In this document: piece by piece, positions 30,151 through 37,208 of the stretch
Numbering within the stretch: the stretch's first letter is position 1
How the letters are laid out: each line of letters starts with the position of its first letter
Program-made: the position numbers and the translations under genes
Source of the DNA: Anaerolineae bacterium
GTDB taxonomy: Bacteria > Chloroflexota > Anaerolineae > B4-G1 > SLSP01
Direction of reading: 5' to 3'
NCBI GenBank assembly: GCA_034676785.1
Contig: JAXDDP010000157.1
Coordinates: 25,920-89,919 of the forward strand
Length of the DNA stretch: 64,000 bases
Notes under the pieces: model-generated
Seen by the model: the letters and a program-made list of their open reading frames with translations, nothing else
Told to the model about the DNA's origin: nothing
Databases searched by the model: none

Positions 30151-31007
30151 GGGTACATCTCCTTCCTCGTCTGCCGGATGTGGGATAGCTCAGACCGGAG
30201 CCGCTCCTCGTCACCCGCCTCGACCAGACGGATCAGATGCTCTAGCCGACCGACACAGAAGCGGGCGGCCTTCGATATCTCATCGCGATTTGTCAGCAAG
30301 ATGTCCAGCATCATCGTCACATCACTGCCTGCGACGCGCGATGTATCCCGAAAGCCCCCAGCCAGGATCTGCCATACCAGCGGGTCGGATGACGTGGTTG
30401 CATCAGCAGTGCTCACCAGTGAGCAAGCGAGCAGGTACGGCAGATGGCTCAGCGTACCCACCAGGTAGTCCTGCCGTTCAGCATCCACGACCAGAGGCAA
30501 TGCACCTACCGCATAGGCCAACGACGCCCCCAGATCCAATGCTTCAGGCGAGGTGCGTGGTAATGGTGACAGGATGAACGTCCTCCCCTGGAAAAGCGCA
30601 GTATCTGCCGCCTCGAGGCCCGATACCTCTTTGCCACACATTGGGTGCCCCCCCAGCGGCTGCACGTGGTCGGGAAGCGCCGCCATTGCTTCCAGAATCC
30701 GCGCCTTCGTGCTGCCCAGATCCATCAGCAGCGCACCATCGCGCATCCGGGGCCCGATCTCACCCAACAACCGGACGATTGTGCGCACTGGCGTGGCCAG
30801 CACCGTGATGTCCGCCTCCCCAATGCCCCCGAAGGTGTCCACAGTACCCCGGTCGATGAACCCACGATCGATGGCCGCGGCTACTGCCGCCGCATCTCGG
30901 TCGACACCCACCACTTCCGCACACCGTCCACGCAGTGCACCTGCGAGGGAGCCCCCCATCAGGCCCAGACCCACGACCGCAACCGAACAGTCAATCAGCG
31001 GTTTCAT
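30147..31007 (-). CDS. tyrA: Prephenate (or arogenate) dehydrogenase
   Basis: N-terminal Rossmann motif VAVVGLGLMGGSLAG, then GSTK and HPMCG motifs. It overlaps the aroA start by 4 nt. Confidence 0.9.
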   Translation of the reverse strand: MKPLIDCSVAVVGLGLMGGSLAGALRGRCAEVVGVDRDAAAVAAAIDRGFIDRGTVDTFGGIGEADITVLATPVRTIVRLLGEIGPRMRDGALLMDLGSTKARILEAMAALPDHVQPLGGHPMCGKEVSGLEAADTALFQGRTFILSPLPRTSPEALDLGASLAYAVGALPLVVDAERQDYLVGTLSHLPYLLACSLVSTADATTSSDPLVWQILAGGFRDTSRVAGSDVTMMLDILLTNRDEISKAARFCVGRLEHLIRLVEAGDEERLRSELSHIRQTRKEMYP

Positions 31008-31011
31008 AGGT

Positions 31012-32025
31012 TCAGAGCGTGCGCCCCACAGCCGCAGCGACCAAGCGCAAAGACTCCATCAGCTCGGCGAAGCGCGAGGGTTTAAGCGACTGCGCACCAT
31101 CAGACCACGCCTCATCGGGCTTGGGGTGGACCTCAATGATCAGGCCATCTGCACCGGCGGCGATTGCCGCTCGCGACACAGGTCCCACGAGTTCCCAGTG
31201 TCCAGTCCCATGGCTAGGATCCACCAGCACAGGCAGATGGCTCAACTGCTTGAGCAGCGGCACCGCGCTGATGTCCAGCGTATTGCGAGTGTAGGTCTCG
31301 AACGTACGGATGCCGCGCTCGCAGAGGATCACCCGACTGTTACCGTGCGATAGGATGTACTCAGCCGACATCAGCAGTTCCTCAATGGTCGACATCATGC
31401 CGCGCTTCAGCAGGACAGGCCGCTGAGACTCGCCTACCGCATGCAAGAGAGCATAGTTTTGCATGCTGCGCGCACCAATCTGCAAGATGTCGGCATAGGT
31501 CGACACAAGCGGGACTTGGTCGGGCGACATCACCTCGGTCACGACAGGTAACCCGGTGATCTCACGTGCTTCAGCCAGGAGCTGCAGCCCCTGCTCACCC
31601 ATCCCCTGGAAGCTGTAGGGCGATGTGCGCGGCTTGAAGGCCCCCCCACGCAACGCATGGGCTCCGGCAGCCTTCACAGCCTGCGCCGTCTCCATCAGCT
31701 GCTCGGCCCCCTCGACCGTACAAGGACCGGCCATCACGACGACCTGATTGCCCCCAATCGAGACACCATTGATCGGGAAGACGGTATCCTGTGGATGGAA
31801 CTCGCGACTGGCCAACTTGAACGGTCGCAGAACCGGCACGGTGCGCTCCACACCGGACATACGCTCGATTTGCTCGCGATCGATCGGTCGGCCATTGCCG
31901 ATAACACCAATGATCGTGCGTTCCTGGCCCTCGGATAGGTGCACCTGGCAGCCCATCTGTTCCACACGCGCCGAGACGTTCGAGATCTGGGCCGCCGTGG
32001 CCCCGTGTGCCATAATGATAATCAT
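31012..32025 (-). CDS. aroF: 3-deoxy-7-phosphoheptulonate (DAHP) synthase, type I-beta, with an N-terminal ferredoxin-like regulatory domain
   Basis: An about 75-aa N-terminal regulatory-domain-like segment ([17 protein letters not shown]...) is followed by a KDO8PS-like catalytic core ([31 protein letters not shown]). Start chosen at 32025. Confidence 0.92.
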   Translation of the reverse strand: MIIIMAHGATAAQISNVSARVEQMGCQVHLSEGQERTIIGVIGNGRPIDREQIERMSGVERTVPVLRPFKLASREFHPQDTVFPINGVSIGGNQVVVMAGPCTVEGAEQLMETAQAVKAAGAHALRGGAFKPRTSPYSFQGMGEQGLQLLAEAREITGLPVVTEVMSPDQVPLVSTYADILQIGARSMQNYALLHAVGESQRPVLLKRGMMSTIEELLMSAEYILSHGNSRVILCERGIRTFETYTRNTLDISAVPLLKQLSHLPVLVDPSHGTGHWELVGPVSRAAIAAGADGLIIEVHPKPDEAWSDGAQSLKPSRFAELMESLRLVAAAVGRTL

Positions 32026-32051
32026 CTCTCCTCCCCCCTTATCCCCGTAAT

Positions 32052-32930
32052 CTATTGCTGCGGAACGTCGCAAACGGAACAACTCTCGTCAACAGGCATG
32101 TCACCCGACACCGGTGTCGTGGCCGCCGGGTATGAGCCCAGCAATTTCACGAACGATGCGTGACGCAACAACCCCATCAAGGCAGCCTCTGCCGGAAGAT
32201 CCTGGCAATGGCCCTCGAAGTCCAGATAGAAGGTATAGCGCCAGGGCTGGTTGAGTCGCGGTCGAGACTCGATCTTTGTCAGGTTGATGTTTCGAGTCGA
32301 GAACTCGCCGATACACTTGTACAGCGCTCCCGGGCTGTGTCGCGTCGAGAAGACGATGGACGTCTTCGTGCGCTGCGCACGCGGCGGGTCATCCGTTCCC
32401 ATCACGAAGAAACGTGTGTAGTTGAACGGAAAGTCCTCAATGCCGCGGTCCAGAACCTCGAGCCCGTATAGTTCGGCAGCCAGTCCACCTGCGATCACAG
32501 CCACACCCGGCTCTGGATTCGCCGCGAGGTCGCGGGCACTGCCAGCGGTGTCGAAAGCCGGCTCAGCTTGCAGGCCATAGCGGTCGAGGTAGCGCTGGCA
32601 TTGCGCGAGAGCCTGCGGGTGCGACCTCACCCGCCGAACCTGCGACCGTTGCGTCCCCGGCACCGCCAGGAGCATGTGACGGACACGCAGAATCACCTCA
32701 GCATTGATGCGCAAGTCGCGCTCCAGGAGTAACTCATAGGCACCCGCGACGGCTCCGGCCACTGCATTTTCTACTGGCAGCATCGCATAGGCCGCCCGCC
32801 CACCCTCAACTTCAGGAAACACCTCTTCAAGCGTTGGACAGGCCAACGTCTCCACAGCGGCCCCGAAGTACTGCCGAACTGCCTCCTCGGAGTACGCCCC
32901 GGCTACGCCCTGGAACGCCACACGTGTCAT
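32052..32930 (-). CDS. pheA: Prephenate dehydratase with C-terminal ACT domain
   Basis: [21 protein letters not shown] (VENS-like) and TRF are present, plus the ACT block [38 protein letters not shown] at 32930 overlaps the aroH stop (ATGA). The upstream part of ORF 32052..33407 is a spurious extension. Confidence 0.92.
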   Translation of the reverse strand: MTRVAFQGVAGAYSEEAVRQYFGAAVETLACPTLEEVFPEVEGGRAAYAMLPVENAVAGAVAGAYELLLERDLRINAEVILRVRHMLLAVPGTQRSQVRRVRSHPQALAQCQRYLDRYGLQAEPAFDTAGSARDLAANPEPGVAVIAGGLAAELYGLEVLDRGIEDFPFNYTRFFVMGTDDPPRAQRTKTSIVFSTRHSPGALYKCIGEFSTRNINLTKIESRPRLNQPWRYTFYLDFEGHCQDLPAEAALMGLLRHASFVKLLGSYPAATTPVSGDMPVDESCSVCDVPQQ

Positions 32931-33355
32931 AGTTGCGCCTCCCCTGCACCGTCCGCTTCTCCTTGGCTGGCATCCTGGCCCGCTGCTGCTGCCTGCTGCA
33001 CCAGATCGGGTCGCAATCTCTCCGCTTCGCGGAGATAGACATGTACGACTTCTCCAGGTAGCTTGTCGGTGTTCCAGTGCAACAGCACCCGGATACATCG
33101 TGGCAGGCTGCCGGCAACACGCATCTCCTGCATACACAGGAGTGGTGTTTGACCCCAACCTAGCTCCCTCGCCACAACAGCGGGATAAGCAGCATCCAGA
33201 TCCGCGGTTGCGGTGAAGATGACGCTGGCAAGATCCTCGACCGCTATCCCGTTGGCCACAACCATAGCCGTGAGCAACTCCCGCGTTGCCGTGTGGATCT
33301 CGGACGCCGTATTCGCTGCCACGGTTATCGCTCCTCGCACTCCTCGGCACGTCAT
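32927..33355 (-). CDS. aroH: Chorismate mutase, AroH class
   Basis: [26 protein letters not shown]...[17 protein letters not shown]...RVLLHWN matches monofunctional AroH-type chorismate mutase. AAGGAGG lies 7 nt upstream. Confidence 0.9.
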   Translation of the reverse strand: MTCRGVRGAITVAANTASEIHTATRELLTAMVVANGIAVEDLASVIFTATADLDAAYPAVVARELGWGQTPLLCMQEMRVAGSLPRCIRVLLHWNTDKLPGEVVHVYLREAERLRPDLVQQAAAAGQDASQGEADGAGEAQL

Positions 33356-33378
33356 CTGAACACCTCCTTTGCGGAAAC

Positions 33379-33410
33379 AAAAAAAACGTGGAGCCGGTCG
33401 GCTCCACGTC
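33379..33410 (-). terminator. Intrinsic terminator hairpin plus T8 tract immediately upstream of the aroH RBS (attenuator)
   Basis: Minus-strand RNA reads gaCGTGGAGCCgaccGGCTCCACGTTTTTTTTg, a 9-10 bp GC-rich stem with a 4-nt loop and U8. The AAGGAGG of aroH begins about 10 nt after the U-tract, leaving no room for a promoter. Confidence 0.65.
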
Positions 33411-33442
33411 TTTGGTTGTCTTGGGAATTCTACAGACCTACA

Positions 33443-33538
33443 TCACCCTCTGAGCAACGCAGAACGGCCGACCCGTGTAGGGCGGCAAAAATAGAAGGTA
33501 TACATGTAGGCTTGCGCAGACTCCAGGCTGTGTTTCAT
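33443..33538 (-). CDS. Candidate aromatic-rich leader peptide (31 aa) of the aro operon
   Basis: My translation is MKHSLESAQAYMYTFYFCRPTRVGRSALLRG*. Five of seven consecutive residues (11-17) are Tyr/Phe. It lies between the candidate promoter and the terminator hairpin. The SD is weak, so the call is tentative. Confidence 0.35.
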   Translation of the reverse strand: MKHSLESAQAYMYTFYFCRPTRVGRSALLRG

Positions 33539-33573
33539 CGATCCATCTCAGTGTACAGGACTATCTCAACAAT

Positions 33574-33601
33574 AGTCTAGTCGCTTCCTGTGGCTTGTCA
33601 A
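33574..33601 (-). promoter_or_regulatory. Candidate promoter of the aro supraoperon leader (TTGACA-16 nt-TAGACT)
   Basis: On the minus strand, TTGACA is at 33601..33596 and TAGACT at 33579..33574. Motif match only. Confidence 0.4.
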
Positions 33602-33767
33602 GACCTCAAAGCTCCAATGACCACCCAGAGGCTGAGATGCCCCCCTCGAGGCACTACAGGTCGTGGGCTCCTCCATAGCGCAGCTTGCACCACCAGTTGC
33701 CGCAGTCGTCAGGAACAGCGCGAGCAGCATCGCGTTGATACTGCGCCATGCCACCTATGCCCCATCC

Positions 33768-34160
33768 TCAATCCACGACGCGCTGCAGAGCTTCCAGGGC
33801 CGAGGTCAGCGCGTCTCCCATCGTCCGAAGCATGGTTTCGCGCGTCTGCAATGCCTGGCTGACCATGGACTGATGCATATCCCACACGGACCGGTCGATC
33901 TGATCATTCGCATCAACCGGCAGGCAGACCGTAGTATCACAGTCGAAGTCGATCCTGGTATATGCGCGTAGCCGGAGCTTGTCCGCCAGCTCCTGGTCTG
34001 TCAGATCCAGCTCTCCACCGGCAAGCGATCCGATCTGCGTGCTCGCCATGCTGAAAGTCCGCACCTCCAGCGTACTGATATCATCGACAAACGACTCGGC
34101 CTTGGCTGCCAAATCATTGGCGAACTTCTCGATCGCGTGCCTAAGCTCACCCTCACTCAT
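33768..34160 (-). CDS. Hypothetical 130-aa protein (protein D), homologous to the C-terminal domain of protease-like protein B
   Basis: The ATG at 34160 has GGGAGG 7 nt upstream. The 34208 and 34175 starts are less likely. Shared blocks with the protein B C-terminus are DISTLEVRTF/DIVTLDVKTY, LRAYTRIDFDCD/LRALTRVAFDGD and VWDMHQSMVSQALQTRETML/LWEIHKSMVEEAQQSRAKFL. No known family recognised. Confidence 0.75.
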   Translation of the reverse strand: MSEGELRHAIEKFANDLAAKAESFVDDISTLEVRTFSMASTQIGSLAGGELDLTDQELADKLRLRAYTRIDFDCDTTVCLPVDANDQIDRSVWDMHQSMVSQALQTRETMLRTMGDALTSALEALQRVVD

Positions 34161-34186
34161 CCCGTTTCCTCCCATAGTGGACCTCT

Positions 34187-34933
34187 CTAGGATGCGCCGG
34201 TAGGCCACTGCTCGAATTCCCTGAGAATGCTGCGCACATAATTGTAGACCGCAGGGATAAGCAGGACCTGCCCACCGGGCACAGACGCCTTTGCCGTCAG
34301 GGTCATCGCCCCTGAGGTTACGACACCGATCAGGCGCAAAAGCGCATGCCGAGACGCAAGCGCCAACCGCACGGCCTCAAGGTGCAACGCCATATCGAGC
34401 GCCGTGGCACCATCCAGCCACGCCGTCTCGTAATCACCTGTCCAATCGACTGTAGTGAGGGCAATACTGGTGCCCCCGGTCGTAGTCTCGATACGAGCGA
34501 AGTGGTGGATGAGACGCCTGAACTGCACCAGAAGGGCGTTCGCCCGTTCGTAGACCTCCTGATAGGCTGTCCCAGCCTCCTTGTCCAGGCCGTAGGAGAG
34601 TGCCGGGCTCTGCAACGTCGCAACCTCGGCCCATAGCATCGCTTCAGGGTCACTATTGCTCGCAGCGTAGGACAGCCTCGGGCTCAGACCCTTGAGCCGT
34701 TGCGTAATAGCCTCAAGATCCTCTTCCCATCGATCCACCTTCGCGCGCTGATCAAGCAATTCAGAACGAGCTCTCAGCGACGACTCCGGATGATCAACCC
34801 GCCAGACGAGGCCACGCCCATCATCGGCAGCCCCATAGGCCGTTGCAGCAGAGATCTCGAGGTCCCAGATGCCCAGGGGATCGTCGTTCTCGGGTGTCTC
34901 GAAACCGGAGAAAGTAAACGTCGATCCGGTCAT
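34187..34933 (-). CDS. Hypothetical 248-aa protein (protein C), no recognisable family
   Basis: Its ATG shares one base with the stop of the upstream gene (TGATG). It is predicted to be mostly helical, with no signal peptide and a moderately hydrophobic C-terminal segment (LLRLIGVVTSGAMTLTAKA). Confidence 0.78.
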   Translation of the reverse strand: MTGSTFTFSGFETPENDDPLGIWDLEISAATAYGAADDGRGLVWRVDHPESSLRARSELLDQRAKVDRWEEDLEAITQRLKGLSPRLSYAASNSDPEAMLWAEVATLQSPALSYGLDKEAGTAYQEVYERANALLVQFRRLIHHFARIETTTGGTSIALTTVDWTGDYETAWLDGATALDMALHLEAVRLALASRHALLRLIGVVTSGAMTLTAKASVPGGQVLLIPAVYNYVRSILREFEQWPTGAS

Positions 34934-37149
34934 CAGGAACCGATCTTCAGGACATCCAGGAGCCGGGCAGCCAGTTCGGCCATCGTGGCGAGGAACTTTG
35001 CCCGGCTCTGCTGTGCTTCCTCAACCATCGATTTGTGTATCTCCCAGAGCACCAGGTCGACCTCGCCCTCAGAATGGCCACTCCTGCCCTTCTCCGGTAC
35101 GTAGACCTGCAGATCACCGTCGAAGGCGACCCGGGTCAGAGCCCGCAGGGTTGCCTCATACTCACTTCGAGCATCCAGCGCCGCCGATACAGCTGCAATA
35201 TCCTTCGCAGAGTAGGTCTTGACGTCCAGTGTGACGATGTCCTGCGCAGCGCGCCCCAACGAGGTCGCCAACTGATCCGTGAATGCGCGCAAAGAATCGC
35301 GGAGACGGTCAAACTGCTCGCCGAGCCCGAAGGCCACTGCAGCGTCAGCATCCAGGACCGTGATACGGGCACCGGCCCGAGCCGCTTCCGGCTCGACATC
35401 CTGGGGACGGAGCGCAGCCTCGGCCCACGGGACAGCCCCTACGGCGGGCGCTACGCGCGGAGCCCTGTCTGCCGCCACTTGGGTCGTGTCGGAAGCCGGC
35501 GTCTCCTCGGGCTCGCGAACCGTGATCGTGCCAGTATCCACAGGACCCTCGGGTTCCACTGCCTCTCGCGACAGGGGAAGCCTGGCAGCGGGATCGCCGA
35601 GCACCACATAGCTGCGGGCATCGTTGTTTGCCGTCCAACGATGAGCCAACTCGGCGTCATCTATGTGCCCCGAATCCCACTGGAGCTCCTCGAGATCCGC
35701 GCTCAGGTCCGAGCTCATCTCGGCATAGCGCATGTTGAAGCTGGCGTCCGTGGCGAGACCAATGGGGCTCCCATTCATCAACGTGCGCATCGCAGTGATG
35801 AAAGCTTGATGGTGCAGGTCTCCGCTGGGGGAAATGAACGAATAGCCCCAGGCGCGCTCGACGTGCCCAAGCACTGCCAACGCTCCGTGCGAGAGCAGCT
35901 GCTGCGGCAATGCTGCAGTGAAGGCGTGCGGTGCAATCTTCTCACGAACCTTGAATGCCTGCGCAGCAAACTGGTCGAGCGCCGGCGTGCCCGCCCCATA
36001 GCAAGCGAAGAAGAATGCCATCATCCCGAGCAGATCCGCGCTCTCAGGGATGTCCTCACCTGCGAAGTAATGGTCGCGAGCCACCTCACGCCCGGCGCCA
36101 GGCCAATCCTGGCAAAGGAGAGCGCCCTGCTGACGCAACTGGGCTGGATGCCCGGCAGGGAACTCGATACCGTGGCCGGCGGCGAACAGGAGTGTCGGCA
36201 TCTGCGCCGGGTCGCCCCCCAGAAGTCCTTCAAGAGATGCGCGCGTGGCCACGTCCTCTCCAATGAGAGGAGTTACCATCTCCCATGGTTGCGATAGCGC
36301 AAGGTCGTTACCCACGATCCGTTGATTGAGATTCTCATACAGGGGCTGCACCAGGTACTGCGCGCTCAGCCTGGTTGCCTTATCACCAAGATTCATCGGG
36401 GCGAAGAAAGTCGCGCGCCGAGGCAGGCTGAATGCGCCCCCTTCAGCAGCAACAACGGCCTGTGCATAGCGACCATATGCGTCAACGTCGCTCCCAAAAT
36501 CAAGACGTCCCACACCGCGCATTACGTCCAGTTGGTACTGGAAGCTATACGGGATCTGCTCGGGCGTGCCCACCAGCATAACGTAGAAAGGCATCTCCCG
36601 TGGATCCACAAGCCCCGGCCCTACACTCAGCCGTTCCAAGAACTGATCTTTTCTCTCCCCGGGGCGATAGGCGTCACCTCCCTCATAGAGTCGGAACAGA
36701 TCACCGGCTTGACCACGGCGCAAATCAAACAGGGGCTGGAGCGCCTCCTTGATCTCCTCACGCAGCCGGGGGTGCATATCCGCGGGAAAGATGGCTGCCC
36801 ACCCCACATCAGCAAGACTCGCGGGGTCGCCGGCCCCCGGTTTCACGGGGTAACCTGCCCAGTCACTTGCCTTACGTTGCAGCTCTTCGCGCCGCGTCGC
36901 CTCCTCAGCAACGCTCAAGGCAACCTGCGCATCGGTAACACGCGTCAGACGATCTTCCACCTCGGCGAGTCCCGCCAGAAGTCTCTGATGGTCGACGAAT
37001 TCGCGGTAGTCGTGTGGAGAAGGCATGCCCCGAATCAACCGGGCAAGCTTCTGGGGCGACAGGGGAGGCTGCCCGTAGTTGCCGGTTACAGCATTGATAC
37101 CGTTGAAGACCAGGTCGCCTGCGAAGAGCGATCTCAACTCATCAGACAT
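34933..37149 (-). CDS. Clan CD (gingipain C25 / caspase-fold) cysteine-protease-like protein B with a Pro/Glu/Thr-rich linker and a C-terminal domain homologous to protein D
   Basis: PFYVMLVGTPEQIPYSFQYQLDV. TLLFAAGHG (His codon 36172..36174). MAFFFACYGAGTP (Cys codon 36001..36003). YVVLGDPAARL. I prefer the ATG at 37149 (AAGGAG 7 nt upstream) over the GTG at 37155. No signal peptide. Confidence 0.85.
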   Translation of the reverse strand: MSDELRSLFAGDLVFNGINAVTGNYGQPPLSPQKLARLIRGMPSPHDYREFVDHQRLLAGLAEVEDRLTRVTDAQVALSVAEEATRREELQRKASDWAGYPVKPGAGDPASLADVGWAAIFPADMHPRLREEIKEALQPLFDLRRGQAGDLFRLYEGGDAYRPGERKDQFLERLSVGPGLVDPREMPFYVMLVGTPEQIPYSFQYQLDVMRGVGRLDFGSDVDAYGRYAQAVVAAEGGAFSLPRRATFFAPMNLGDKATRLSAQYLVQPLYENLNQRIVGNDLALSQPWEMVTPLIGEDVATRASLEGLLGGDPAQMPTLLFAAGHGIEFPAGHPAQLRQQGALLCQDWPGAGREVARDHYFAGEDIPESADLLGMMAFFFACYGAGTPALDQFAAQAFKVREKIAPHAFTAALPQQLLSHGALAVLGHVERAWGYSFISPSGDLHHQAFITAMRTLMNGSPIGLATDASFNMRYAEMSSDLSADLEELQWDSGHIDDAELAHRWTANNDARSYVVLGDPAARLPLSREAVEPEGPVDTGTITVREPEETPASDTTQVAADRAPRVAPAVGAVPWAEAALRPQDVEPEAARAGARITVLDADAAVAFGLGEQFDRLRDSLRAFTDQLATSLGRAAQDIVTLDVKTYSAKDIAAVSAALDARSEYEATLRALTRVAFDGDLQVYVPEKGRSGHSEGEVDLVLWEIHKSMVEEAQQSRAKFLATMAELAARLLDVLKIGS

Positions 37150-37208
37150 GTCCACGCTCCTTATCCGCGTCCCGAATCAGGTTGCGGGATCAGTAAGACC
37201 TGCTACGG

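Noticed and set aside
32931-33407. The N-terminal 159 aa of the 451-aa ORF 32052..33407.
   Set aside because: This part overlaps aroH in another frame and is Arg/Gly/Cys-rich nonsense. The prephenate dehydratase homology begins at MTRVAFQG (ATG 32930), which is coupled to the aroH stop by ATGA. Similar upstream extensions were trimmed for ftsY, tsaD, pepP, der, aroC, aroE, the DAHP synthase, truB, rsmI and glgX.
33408-33570. A T-box riboswitch as an alternative explanation for the aro leader.
   Set aside because: The length and the terminal terminator fit. A UAC-A triplet is also present. However, I could not find the conserved T-box sequence (AANNNGGGUGGNACCGCG): the nearest match is AGGGUGAUGUAGG. 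I also found no convincing Stem I motifs. It is kept only as something to exclude with an Rfam scan.
34187-34933. The idea that the 248-aa protein is a bacterial gasdermin, given its size and its neighbouring caspase-fold proteases.
   Set aside because: I see no sequence feature supporting this. The sequence looks largely helical rather than like a beta-rich gasdermin N-terminal domain, and it has no N-terminal Cys. The assignment cannot be made without structure prediction.
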